63,266 nt of DNA, filler included, from Atractiella rhizophila (GCA_021432655.1; 10 parts of 10 records of this genome joined end to end with filler, not necessarily neighbours in it), one strand, 5' to 3'. Counted from the first letter of the whole stretch, positions 27,211 to 39,544 are shown. Made by a program: numbers and translations. Notes: generated by a model not told the origin, from the sequence alone.

Positions 27211-29337
27211 GAACCTTGTCAGATCAGGTAACCATATTTGCGGCTCATCCCCTCTGACTGAAGGGACCTGCATCTGTTTCTTGTGATCGCTCTCGATGAG
27301 AACTTTTCCCTCCTGCTTGGTTCTGTTACGAAACACACTCAGAAGATGAAAATACGGCACGGTATCAGTGCACACACGGCTCCGCTGGCGGAGATGAACC
27401 TCTGGCTCCGCTCCGCCAATGAAGATGAAAAGCAGAACAGAAATGCAATAGCTTGGTCCGTGATGTGATGAGAAATGCGACGGGGAGTTGTTCCGTGATT
27501 GAATTTCGACGATCATTCATAAGGTTTACAAAAAAGGTTAGTTTGAAATTCCTAATGTTCGCTATTTGCAATCAATAAGCGCGATCTTCTTCCCAATCAG
27601 TGAGCGCTCTTCTTCTCATCACTGTTTGGCGCTACTTTTCTATCGATTGAGCGTCCACATCTCTTTACAGAGTCCAACGGCCTCCTAGAACCTCATCTAA
27701 CTTGCCCTCTCTATCAGTTTCATAGTTCAAGAGTGCCACCTCTTCCACGCCGCCAAGGGCTCTCGTTCGCCACACCAAGGTGGCGAATTACTATTGGAAT
27801 AAAGCTGCCCTTTGCCTTCAGGCAAGCAGCCAGTGAATATGCGAAGTAACCCTCCAGATTTAACTTTGTAAAGGCCAACCAATTTGTGGAAGCTCTCAGA
27901 CCGGCAGCTGAAGCAGTTGAGTGTACACTAGAGAACGAAATAAAGATAACTTGCATGTCGGCGGAGGCACAACAAGATGCGTTACTCTGATTTAACCTCT
28001 CCACCCTCGCCGAAAACCCACCATCTGTCCCCCAATTATGCGTATTAAGACCTTCCATCAAGGACTGTAATCTAAGGTTCTATGGGTATGAGACTATAGA
28101 GCGATACAAGGGCATGAGGGGGATAAATTACGATTTACAAATCGATTGGATGGATCTAGGCAAATCCGAACACGGATGCTATTGCTCCAACGGTACTATT
28201 CACACGCGCTTTCCCTGACACAATAATCACTCACCAGTTCTTCCCAACGCTCTAAGGAAGTAAGAAAGTACCAACCTGGGACGGACGGAAGCCCATTGAG
28301 ACAGCAGAGACTAATACTGCTCGATAACACGTCTGTGCTACAGCGACTCCGTCTTCTTTTGGTGCTGAGCACAGTAATGCATCCACCTATGCCAACAAAG
28401 GAAAGCCCAATCTTGACTGGGATGTAACAGAAACCAAAGCCAGGCGTTGAAGAGCGGAGCGAGTTTCTTGACAATTTAGAAAAGTTGATGGATGCGAGGT
28501 TACGGGGCAAGAATCTCCTTATATAAAAAGCACGACGGGTTTGACCATGACTCACGCATGTACTTTTGAGCTCTTATATCACCGCCCACAACAACCCTGT
28601 CAGAATTCTGAGCATACCAACAGAATACGCGTGTCTGCGCCCTTCGAACCGTATACAGCAAAGCCTGTTTAGAGACGAAAAAAAAATTGTTTTCCTGACT
28701 GAGTCAGGTGACTTCTCACCGAGGGCTGCTCAGCTAGGAGAAAAGCCGCAGACGAGCATGTTTCATGGGGCCGATCTCATGGTTTGTTGGTGGCGTTGGT
28801 CCGCATCTTGCTTTGGGCAAAGCCAGCCAATTCCAGCCTTCCAGCCGATGCTGTACGTTCTGTATTTCCAGCATTAGCGGTCGTAAGCATTGAATTAGAT
28901 GGCATTGCACCTTATTGGATAAACACAAAAGGAATGAAGACAATGTGATGCTACTGAATGCTACGCAGATGATGTCCTGGCTGCTGGTGCAAGTGGATGA
29001 AACGACGATGATGTACTGTCAAAGCAATGACGAAGACAAACGAGGCACAACAAAGACTTCAAGCAGTGAAACCAAACAGGAGGAGTTAGGACCGAGGAAA
29101 TGAGAATCTATCTTTTGGAGACATGGACACTGAACGGAAACGATTAGACCACAGACAAGACAGATGACGAGGTTTAAAGTAGAGTCCTGTTTTTCATAGG
29201 GCACGGCACCATTCTGCATATTGAACCAAGTCGGGATGCGTCGTGTGCAGCGTGCAGCTTTCTTTGACCAGATGAGACCTACATCAATGCATAAGCAAGG
29301 AGAGGGAGACCTGAAGGTAGCAAACAAAGGCATTGAC

Positions 29338-30530
29338 TTACAAGATGACTGACGGTCGTTTCCCTTCAAACTTGAACGAGGGTTTGTGGGCACAGTCACC
29401 TATAAGCCAAATTCCACTGTTAATTTGAGAGGTGACGACAAACTGGTGAAGGGGCTTACCGATCCACTTCAATTGGCCTTTTAGGAAATCTACTCTGCAC
29501 GTCAGAAAAGGAAGCGGGAAACGCTTAAGCGTACTATTTCGCTCCCTCTGATTCCTAGCGGAAGGCAAACACTCCTTTCCGCAGCAAGTGACCCTCATAT
29601 ATGCCGGACTACTGAACATAACAGGGCCATCTAAGCCTTCTTCCCTTGGGCTACGACCAAGATCCAGAAGTTCTTGCAACATCCAAATCTTTTTCCCTTC
29701 CCTGTCGAAATAGAGAATGAGCGTTCGTGCAAGGGGAGTAGTCTTGAGCAGTTTCTGAGAAGTAGCTCCTATTTTATTTCCGCTTGAGCATAAGTATCAG
29801 CTGTGGAAGCATCGTACTGTCTACCCTGTGCCCATTGGTATAATCGATCACTTCACCTGCAACGGTGTTCTCATGTCCTATCCAAGGGTTAGCACTCGCA
29901 ACGCTCGCTGCAGCAGGAAAATCGATCAATCCCCATCTGAATCTGAAGTAATGGTATAAAGACTTACCCGGCGTCCCAAAGTTGACTTGGGCTGCATAAG
30001 AAGGAGAATCTCTGGCGATCCTCCGATAGTGTTCAGCGAGGGGTAGGACTGGCGGCGGATGGGAATAAACCAGGTTCTGGAAGTCTGTGGAAACGTGTCA
30101 TCTTTTCGACTGCACGGAAAGCGGAAAGCACAGCAGCGGACGCACTGGGTGCGGTGGGCATTAGATGCGTTGGTACATGATCTTGAGCATGTTGGGTCTC
30201 GAATGGCCCCACTGGGGGAGGAAGATAATAGGGATTAACAGGATGGTAGTTCCCATGAAGCGAAAATGAGGGCTCATAGGTGACAGGAACTGCAGGCACG
30301 TTTGGGAAGGACGGCGCTATCCATCTGTGATCGAAGGAAACATGGGAACTGTCATACGGATCCATATGAATCGACGAGTTCCACCAGGATCCAGCATTGG
30401 ACCTAGGAGGTGATGGAACCTGATGAGTCTGGTATGGATATGGTTGGACATGATGGTCATCTGCCGTCGCTCCTGCATTAAAGGACGCAGCATCTGTGGT
30501 CCAAGGAATATCGCCATGAAAATCTTCCAT
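29338..30530 (-). CDS. Hypothetical multi-exon protein (P/H/Y-rich first exon); may extend to ~27600
   Basis: ORF MEDFHGDIPW...PSFPNVPAVP...YHPVNPYYLPPPV, followed by a GTAAGT donor and further short open frames. Confidence 0.4.
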
Positions 30531-31644
30531 CCTCTCTTGCTCGGATTGAACACTTCTGCACGCAAAAAAACGAGCTGATGCGTAATAGCACCTGAGAAGC
30601 TCTTCCCTTCTGAGCCACTGCTAGGTTCCGTTGGAGCTGGGCCCTCAGGGTCCGGTCTGGCCAAATATCATCGTCGCCAAATAATCGTCATTCAAACATC
30701 TGTCTGTCGGGTCTGCATATATCCCCACCGTCCGTCCGCTCTGTCACATCTGTTTCTTATTCCTATCACGGCGGCATTTATCCACTCCATCAAAGAACAA
30801 GAAAAAGACGAAGAGTGTTTGCACACATAGAATGAAAGCCACAGGAGAGACGCAGGCTGCAAATTCCCAGAGAAGTATGATTGTCAATTTCAATTTGGTC
30901 CTGTGTGCTATAACGGACGTACGTTCGCCTTATGTCAGCGAAATCAAAGGACACCTGTCTGTCTATTCAACTGAAGAGGACCATTATGCCTGCTGAGCCA
31001 CAGCTTACATTGGCGAAAATTACACCACTCTTCCCATTGACTGGAAAAACAAGAAAATACTCACCATTGCAGAGCAGGCCATACTCTCTCCCCTTTTCTC
31101 CCAAATTCCACCATCTCATGCCTTAAATAAAGTCATCGCCCCACTTCGATCATTCTAGCCAGCATTCTAGGATGATCAACGGAGGAGAGAGGCGGAAGGG
31201 GATGGAATGGGTGCAAAACAGTTAAAGATCGAAGGGAGCGATTTGGATAGGGGTGGCTTGAAACCAGATGCTACTACTCCACTACTATTCATCGACCTTC
31301 CCTTTTCTTGAGGTTTTCGAAAGACAAGCATACCAAGTCAAGACAGAGCGCCATTAAAACGGCATCTAGGATCGCTGCTCCATAACGTCTTCAAAGATGT
31401 GTCCATCCTGCCACTCGGAAGGATGTCTGCTCTGCTATCAGTGGCGAGATCACTGTTGCACCCATCAGATAGAGGCAACATTATTAAAGGGCGAAACATA
31501 CCAAAAGCATAGAAGAGTTTCCCAAAGCCAGATATAGATGATAAGAGGCTACGGGTTGAGCCGTTATTATTAAGCCTGAAGGGATGGCGGGGGACGACAA
31601 CGAATAAGGCCATTTATAACACAATCCTCCGAGCAAGCAGAATC

Positions 31645-31743
31645 TATTGCACCTGTCAACGTTTCCCGCAAGATGAAGGTACTGTATTGCACCTGTCAAT
31701 GTTTCCCGCAAGATGAAGGTACTGTATTGCACCTGTCAATGTT
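31645..31743. repeat. 40-bp tandem repeat, ~2.5 copies
   Basis: TATTGCACCTGTCAA(C/T)GTTTCCCGCAAGATGAAGGTACTG starting at 31645, 31685 and 31725 (partial). Confidence 0.9.
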
Positions 31744-32550
31744 GTACGATTCGGAAACCCGTCGTCGAAGTTCGCCAAACTTCAACAGACCCTTCAGCCT
31801 CCAATTGTTGACTGGTTTAAATGGCAGAAACTCTGTCAACCTGGTTATCTCGAACAGCTGTCAATGTTCGTGGCTGTTTGGACTTAATTTTTTTTTAAAG
31901 TTTTGCCTTCCTTGCATGGTCACAATGCCCAAAGTGCTCAACAGACAGACAAACAAACCTTGACAGGTAGCAAATGATTGGTGTGCCTCCAGATCCATAT
32001 TACATCTATGCCCTGCTCCATGGCCTCCATTACAGTAACTTTGTGGCCGTACGGCTCAGCCCCTTAGTTCCATGTCAGTTTGTCAAAATGTATGGGCCGC
32101 CAGTGCCCTGCCCTCGTCTCGACACTCCATAGACCGCTGCAACAAATATCAAGTGCGTTGGCCTTCCAAAACCTGCATTGTCACAATATGGAGGGCAGTA
32201 ATGTTGAGATCAGAGACGTAGTGCCACACCAAATTACTTATGCATTTACGATCTCACATGCTGGTACGGACCACAAGCACACATGTGCTCCTGTCTGCAG
32301 GTGGAACAATGCACGGGAAGGGGAAAGAACACCTGACTCTGACTCTCGAAACCCGGCACTTCGAAGAAGCCTGGCATGTCACCACCTACAATTTCAATGC
32401 ATCTTTCGAACAAACAGCGTTGCAATTCGCATGTTCTCATGGATATGGTGAGGATATGGTGAGGGAAAGTGAGACTGGGGGTGGGATAGATAAATTACGA
32501 TTACATGTCGTATGGAACGGATGTAGACAAATCGAATCAAGACGAATGCT

Positions 32551-32973
32551 TTAAAGCCGGATGCTGCTGCTCCTCTGGTACCTCCTATTCACTCCCGCCT
32601 TTCCCGACACAATCAATCATTCCTCTGCTCTTCCCAATGCAGAAAGAAAGTAAGAGAGTACGAACCTGGCATGCACAGAACCCCATCAAGACAGCATACA
32701 CCACCGCTGCTCCATAACACGTCTTCGCGACAGCATGTCCGTCTGGCGGTGACTCTTCAGAGTCGAGTAATACATCCGCCTACGCCAACAAAGCCCAGGT
32801 CACTGAGACAGAAACCAAAGGGAGGCGCCGAAGAGAAGAGGGGAGAGAGTGAAACATACCCCATTGTCGAAAGCGAGCCCAATGAAAACAAAGAAGAGGA
32901 TGCCAAATATGGAGAATATGGAGTAGCAAGATGCGAGGCCGCCAGGTACAAGTGGTTTGATTTGAATCGCCAT
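32551..32973 (-). CDS. RNASEK: V-ATPase subunit f / RNase kappa-like small two-TM protein, 3 exons
   Basis: Spliced: MAIQIKPLVPGGLASCYSIFSIFGILFFVFIGLAFDNG|ADVLLDSEESPPDGHAVAKTCYGAAVVYAVLMGFCACQ|AGVNRRYQRSSSIRL*. Two hydrophobic helices and the DG.AVA..CYGA.VVY pattern of this family. Confidence 0.8.
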
Positions 32974-33109
32974 GCTGCAGGTTCGGAAACGTTTGAGACT
33001 GAGAAGGAGNNNNNNNNNNNNNNNNNNNNNNNNNNNNNNNNNNNNNNNNNNNNTTAATTAATTAANNNNNNNNNNNNNNNNNNNNNNNNNNNNNNNNNNN
33101 NNNNNNNNN

Positions 33110-34429
33110 AGTTCCTTGTGGGGACTGGGCATTGGGATGCCGCGGCTTATGGAGTAAAGAGGGTCAACCACGAGGGCATAGCTACGGTGTTGTTCAGCTA
33201 GGCCGAATGTAAGTCAGTGGAGAACAAGGCGTTGTTCCCTACTCTGGACATCGTGGAGACGGATCAGCACGCTTGCATAGGGTCCTAGGGGTTATAGAAG
33301 TCATGAAGGGTGTCCGCCGTCCAGGGCAGTCTAACCGTCGCGGGGTCATGGTTGTTATAGGAGGAGAACACCGCTGAGGCTTAGTCTAAGCTATACACGT
33401 TTGCCTCGTCCCTGAGCAAGGACATTGTAACAATCGCGTTGGGCCTCCTAGCGTTCTCATAGTGGTAGGAGTTAACTACGTGAGTGTCGTACAGCCGCAC
33501 GGACGACGGGTTGGAACCTAACCCGGAGTTCTAGCGGCAAAGAGTTTGCCTATACGTTATGGAGTCGTATCATGGAGTCGAGGACCTATGAGTTTACCTC
33601 ACTGGCAGCGTTAAGGGGTCCAAGGGTACTAACCAATGGGAGGGCGCAGGTGCCCCTGCTACCGCGTTAGAAATGGAGTCGGAGGAGTTGCGGGCGGAGT
33701 GTACGTTGTTTTTGGAGGCTGAGGTTTTTGGAGACTACCTTCGTTTCTTGCACCTCTTCTTTTAGTGCTTTTTAAGCGGACGTCGAGGAGGCCGAGTTAG
33801 AGTTGGACACTACCGCGGTAGTCGTCTTGTACAACAGCCCGTAGTTAGGGTAGCAAGGGCAGTACCTAGGTTCGTACAAACAGAGCGTTTTGGGACCGAG
33901 TAGGAGGCGTCAACCTAACCGACGATTTGTAGGAGGTAGCAAGGGAGGAGGAGTGTACTGCTACGGCGGAGTCGTACAGCATGTTTGCTACTCTCGCAGT
34001 GGAGAAGACCGGTTCTCTAGCATAGTGCGCTACCTTCCGCGTGGCTACGGGTGACAGTTGGGTTTCCTTGACGGCTGGGGATAAGGGTACAAGCTAGGGA
34101 CGGTAACCTGTAGCCGGCGGTACGTACCGGGAAGAGGGCGGAGGTGTCGTTGGTAGGAGTGGGGAGTACGATTGGGTAGCGAGGAGGTGTGATGGGGAGG
34201 TCTTCAAAGAAGTCTGAGCAGTTGGGGGCGAAGGAGCGAGAGCTTACCAGGCAGAGGAGTGTTGGGTGAACGAACACGTTATGGAAGCCAGTCAGGCGGT
34301 CCCCGGAAGGGAAGCTACTGCCACCTTGTCTACAGAGTCGACTCCTTCGCATTCTACCCTCTCTACGTCCTGCATCCTTGTAACTTACTGTTACCCTAGT
34401 TCTTTAGTGCAGACCCGTACTTGTGTACT
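33110..34429 (+). CDS. Cryptic gene 3' part, visible only after complementing: P/Q/S-rich protein with basic C-terminal NLS-like motifs
   Basis: Complement translates QGTPLTRNPTAPNTSFLPVGAPVSMPQQVDPAYIQSPLVPQQ...MSQLRKRKMGEMQDVGTLNDNGIKKSRLGMNT*, with two apparent single-base frameshifts near 33730 and 33840. Confidence 0.75.
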
Positions 34430-34994
34430 TGTTAGCAGCGTAACTTATAAGACCTAAAAGAACCTATTTTTCCTAGTCTAGCAAATTACTAAGGATTACA
34501 AACAGAATAGCAAGCTAACTTATCCTCAACACGGTACACTCTTACGCAACACTGCTTATTGACCAAATCGAACAAAAAGTCTAAGCGTACAGCAGGAAAA
34601 ATATATAACGAATACTAAAGCTAAAGCTCCTTTCTTCACAGGGCTGCACCAAAGAAGTAGCAGTTATCGAAGTAATAACATCGTTATTGTAGGAGTTTTA
34701 CTATGTATGTAGGAACCTCTCATAGATCCTTCTTTTGGCTAGGAAATCCCGCTCTAACATGAGTCTTATTTAAATCTTCCCCTTTTCCCGCACTTTGAAC
34801 TGTATTGTTCTTTATTACTGTTAATTTGTTCCGACCTCGTCAAGGCTGCTAGGTAGCTACGAGATGTTAAGGACTGAGAGGAGGTGACAGACGAGGTTTC
34901 AGAGAAGCACAAGGGGCAGAACGAGGACTCTGAGCAGAGGGAGAGGGAAAGGTTGGTAAAGGGTCTCGAAGCCGACCCCAAACTGGAGCTATAG
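33110..34994. other. Block complemented in place (not reversed); hides the 3' parts of two convergent genes
   Basis: The base-by-base complement read left to right gives long P/Q-rich coding sequence ending at TGA 34427-34429. Reading the given strand backwards from 34994 continues ORF 34989-35498 in frame. Confidence 0.9.
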
Positions 34995-36700
34995 CGGCTT
35001 CCCAAGTCCAACCCTATTGAACTGCGTCCGAGCTGATAAGTTCTGGTCCTCAAGCTTCTTCTTCCTCCGCCGCCGAGAGAACGAACGGACACCGGGTTGA
35101 GTCTTGAGTCGTGGTGTAGGAAGTCCTTGCGACATAGCTTGCTGCATGGGTACCTGAGAAGGCATGACGGGAGCAGAGAGGGCATGAGACAAAGGAGCGA
35201 GCGACGGTTGAGTCGACGCCTTCGACATCCAAGTCGGGAGCTGGTCGGCATGAGCGTTGGGGGCGGGACGAAGCGGAGTAGGCACTGCCTGAGCTCGCGG
35301 ATCTGTCTGGAACTGACTTGGTGGTCGCATAAGAGGTGTTGGAATAGCATGCTGAGCACCGTTTTGGGTAGCTTTCGAAGACGTAGGTGCGTAAGAGGTC
35401 CTCGCCAAGAAAGGCGAAGAAGACGGTAGTTGATTAGATGAACTAATCGCAGGAAGGCCATGGAGTTGCATCGAACCTGTTGGGAATACGATCAACAAAA
35501 AAATTTGAGTTGGAACTCCAAGACTTTACCGTTTAGCTGCTGCAAACCATATCCTCCGTATGGCATTCCAGCTGCATTCGGAACAGGAGATGCGGTTTTC
35601 AACCCCTGACCTTGTCCTGCATAAGGCGTTCATCAGCACAACACAAGTCACGGGGCGAAGTAGCTCGTCCTACCATAACCCATGTTCTGATTGTGGATGT
35701 TGGGCACTCCCTGAGCCCCATAGTTCATTTGAAGATTTCCATTCGGGTTTATATTGAATTGAGGGACAGGCGTCATCCCTATTCTCGGCTGCGGGTAAGT
35801 TGCCGGAGGTCCTTGAGATCCTAATCAACGTCTGTGAGCTGGTTCTCTGGGTGCGGAGGTTGTGACCAACCTCCTCCATTAGCTCCTGTCCCATTTCCAT
35901 ACCCTAACATGCCATTCGCAACGGTCGGAGCTTCAGACCCTTGAACTGGAGCCTGAGGGAATTGGCATTTTTGCCCCGGGTGACCTTCCCGTTCACCGTC
36001 AACGCTTGAACAGGGAATGAAAAGGAGACGAACCGGATGTGTCCTTGGTACTTTGAATGGGGACGAGACCCATAAAACCGCTCGCCTTCGCCGACACTGT
36101 CGAAGTTGACGTCGGCTGTACGGATTGTTGTCCTTGTCCCACGGCGGTTTTCGGGGTAGGCGGTTTGAAGTTGAAGAGATTTTCATCCTCAGCCGATTTT
36201 TCGTTGGTAGTACCACTACTCTGAATAGAGCTGAATAAGGCCAAAAAGTCCTCATTGCTCATACTTCCGGGTCCCGCGACGGCGGGCAAGGATGACAGAG
36301 CGGGAACGGGGTCCGAAGTTGTCGATGTCGATGCACCGAAATTGGAGAGGTCAAGGTCGAAGAGATTGAAGTTTCCGGCGTTGTCTTTGAGGGAAAGAAA
36401 GATGTTCTCAGACCCACGAACTCGTTGACGTATGACACAAACGGCGACTCACCCGTGCCCAGATTGTCCAAGTTGGATAAAAAATCATCTCCAAAGTTCT
36501 GTGGCAGGGACGGGAGTGCAATGTTGTTTCCTGTAGCGACATTCGACAGGCCATCCTGATTTCCTGGATCTGGAAACAGCTCTGCAGAGAGCTGCGCGAA
36601 AATACTGTTTGTGGTCACTACGGGCCCTTGGCTAGGGAATAAGGGGCGTACTGTTCGACATCCAACTTTTCCTCCATCTATGCGATATGCTGCTGGGCGT
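34863..36700 (-). CDS. Low-complexity (S/Q/P/N) multi-exon protein of unknown function; C-terminus lies in the complemented block
   Basis: Exons ...PSLPQNFGDDFLSNLDNL, FNLFDLDLSNFG, MSNEDFLALFS, PMQQAMSQ...RRRRKKK...VGLGKP, then in the corrected sequence DIEVKPQPKLWEMV...EESQEL*. 5' end uncertain. Confidence 0.55.
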
Positions 36701-37423
36701 GGGAGTGGGTCAGTGCAATGCTGGGCAGGGAATATGGCAGCAGGGGAATGGATTTGGTTGAAATTGGAACCAACGAAATGGACGGAGTCGATCTGAACCT
36801 TGCGGCAATTCCTCATCAAGCAGGACAAAGAAACTTTAAAAAATTCGATCTTGCACGTCGAACCCACAACTCACCTCACTTGAACTCGTCTATTACTACC
36901 GTAAAGGACTTGCTAAGAGGTGTTTGGACAAGAGAAAGTGGGTTGAGCAACTGCTATGCGCGAGGAAATGTAGGATGACCAACGCAGATATAGCTGGGAG
37001 GAAGTGCGAAGAAGCGAAATCAGATGCGGTTGTACTGACAGGTGTGTGTCCTATCAATTTTGTCTTTATTATACTGGTGTGGCTTCCGCTGGTTCATTGC
37101 TACACCAACGCATACCATCCCAGAGCGAGCAGANNNNNNNNNNNNNNNNNNNNNNNNNNNNNNNNNNNNNNNNNNNNTTAATTAATTAANNNNNNNNNNN
37201 NNNNNNNNNNNNNNNNNNNNNNNNNNNNNNNNNCCAAAAGTATATAGGCAGGAAGAAGAGGTCCCCCGTTACCTCGACTCCCTCACCATTACACCTAGTC
37301 CTTCGAACTTCAGAAACCACGGTACCCAGTGGCCACGGTATCATCGTTTCACGTCGCTTGGCCCTTTCCATCGCAGCCTACAAGGATTCACTTTCACTCC
37401 TTGCCGTCCGTCCCCGCTTCTCG

Positions 37424-37615
37424 ATGCAACCACGTCTCCCGCCAATCTCAACCTTCGACCGGCCCCCCGCTTTCCTGAGGAAGAGGAGAAACGCGATTGT
37501 GGACGCGTTGGATGGAAATAGTATCTTTGTCGCTTGGCAGAAAGCAGCGGGTTTGGAGGAGAGGAGGAGGATGCTTAAACTGAAGGGTAAGGAATATGTG
37601 GGAGTTGAGGACTAA
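37424..37615 (+). CDS. Small 63-aa ORF containing RRNAIVD
   Basis: MQPRLPPISTFDRPPAFLRKRRNAIVDALDGNSIFVAWQKAAGLEERRRMLKLKGKEYVGVED*, preceded by TATATAGG at ~37241 and a pyrimidine-rich leader. Confidence 0.4.
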   Translation: MQPRLPPISTFDRPPAFLRKRRNAIVDALDGNSIFVAWQKAAGLEERRRMLKLKGKEYVGVED

Positions 37616-38299
37616 GGGTTGCGTTGGTGAAGTGGGTGAAGAAGCTTGAATTTGCTAAATGAGTATATTAAAGGGAAGAAAGATGGGAAATTGTTGTAAG
37701 TCGATCGGTCGGTCTGCCTGGCCAAGGGATGCTGATGCCCTTCGCGTTACAGATATCGTTACTCCGCCACAATCTGTGTATACTGCCAACCCCACCCAGA
37801 GGCCATTCCACATCATGACTTCTCCATCTACAAACACGCTTGATCACTTTTCTATGCTGTTCTCATCCTATTTGTGCAGACCAATCTTTCCTGTTCTGTA
37901 GTTACAAACCTGCTCATCTGAAAGAGTCAATTTGTGCACAATTCGTTATTCATATTATCCAGAAGCAGAGATGGAAGTCGTTCATTCCGATTGGACACGA
38001 AGCACAAGCTTTGTAACAATGGAGGATATCAAATGAAATTACTGCTGCTTCTACCATACATGGGAAGATATGATATAAATACTATCGGCTCTTCTTCAAG
38101 AGCAGAGCTCACTTGAGTGAGGGACGAACGGTAGTCATCGCTCTTCCAACAGTTCATCATTCCTTCTTGATGAGCCGTCCATTAATTCAATTCAGGTTGA
38201 GTTATTGTCGACCGTCTCTGCTTACAACAGGACGGCAAGGAGATCAATGGAGTCCTTCTGCATCACAACACCAATATCAAGGAAGTTTGACGAAGATAA

Positions 38300-39398
38300 A
38301 AGAGAAGCAAGTACCCGTCGGTGTCCACAACGGGGTCGGCAGCAGGGGTGAAGGCCGAGACTAGGTCAGCAACGGATGAGTAGCTTTTCTCTGACAAGCG
38401 ACAGCGATGATTGCAGCGAGACCGGGAGCAGCCATGCTAGTGCCGGAGGGGTAGCAGTGAAGGGGATCCAGTGTAGATTTGCAATCGCCATAGTTCCTCT
38501 CTGTCAACAGGCATGATAGCGGAAGCACTGACGGCAAGGACGTTGACACCAAGCTTCCAGGCATCGAGCATGGGGCCATAGTTGCTGAACGAGGCCTTGA
38601 TGTTGGAAGGGCCAACAGCTCCAACAGTGATAGCGGCCTGGATTGATCATTAGCGGTGACAGGATGACGGCGATGCAGTAATCACTTCAATGCGAGCAGG
38701 GGAGGTAGTAGAAGAGCAACGTTGTAGTTTCCGGCAGCAATGCTGAGAGGAACATTACAGTATAGATCAGCGTAACCATGGAAAGTGATTCCCCATGTAG
38801 CATGGCCACTAAGTGCTTCATGTTCAACGTAAACACCAGTGTCGACGGAGTAGTTGTTGACGCCTTCTCCGGTGCCTGGCTGGCGTTTCATGAACTTTCT
38901 TCACGTCACCGGACGAGACGCCTTCAGACACTCTACAATTCATTTTCATCCATAAGCTGGGTATGAATGAAACGTACTTGGGGAGAATTCCATCTCCTAA
39001 ATACTCGACGTTAGGGTCGTCCTTGACCTGGTCCAACGCGGCACCTTGGCATCTTATCCATTCGGGACTACGGTGATCTCTTGCTTGAACAAGAATGAAG
39101 AGGGGAGAAGAGAGACAAACCTTTCCCGTGGTTGTAATGACTTCCCCAATGGTGCCGTCCTCACTTCCGAACATAACAGACGGGTTGCTCATAACCGAGA
39201 GCCTTTGAACCGCCACCCTTCAACTTGATGATCTATTGTCCGGGCTGCTCGTTAGAACCCTGGGAGATTGGATTATCAGCAGGGGAGAGAAGTAGCGTAA
39301 GAGACATACGATCGAACTGGCGACGCTCTTGATTGTGTGATCGTTGTTCCTTACAGCGGGAGCAGCAAGAGCGGACGACGGCAAGGAAAGCGACCCAT
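38300..39398 (-). pseudogene. Subtilisin (S8A, proteinase K-like) pseudogene
   Basis: Fragments: signal/pro region ALAAPAVR, GEGVNNYSVDTGV..EHEAL.GHATWG, IAAGN, AITVGAVG...ASFSNYGP, SGTSMAAP. The catalytic-His HGTH block is not found, and frameshifts are present. Confidence 0.8.
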
Positions 39399-39544
39399 GT
39401 GATAGACTCGGAGTTGAGAAATTGATTCTAATAATAAGGATAAAATTGAAAAATGGAGGGCTCCGAAGTCTTGCGAACACGAGAAGCTGTTCGAGAGTGA
39501 AAAGCGGATTGAAGGATGAGGGAACAGAGGTAAGGAATGGTGTC

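Noticed and set aside
31645..31743. CRISPR-like array
   Set aside because: The units are contiguous and near-identical with no unique spacers, in a eukaryotic context.
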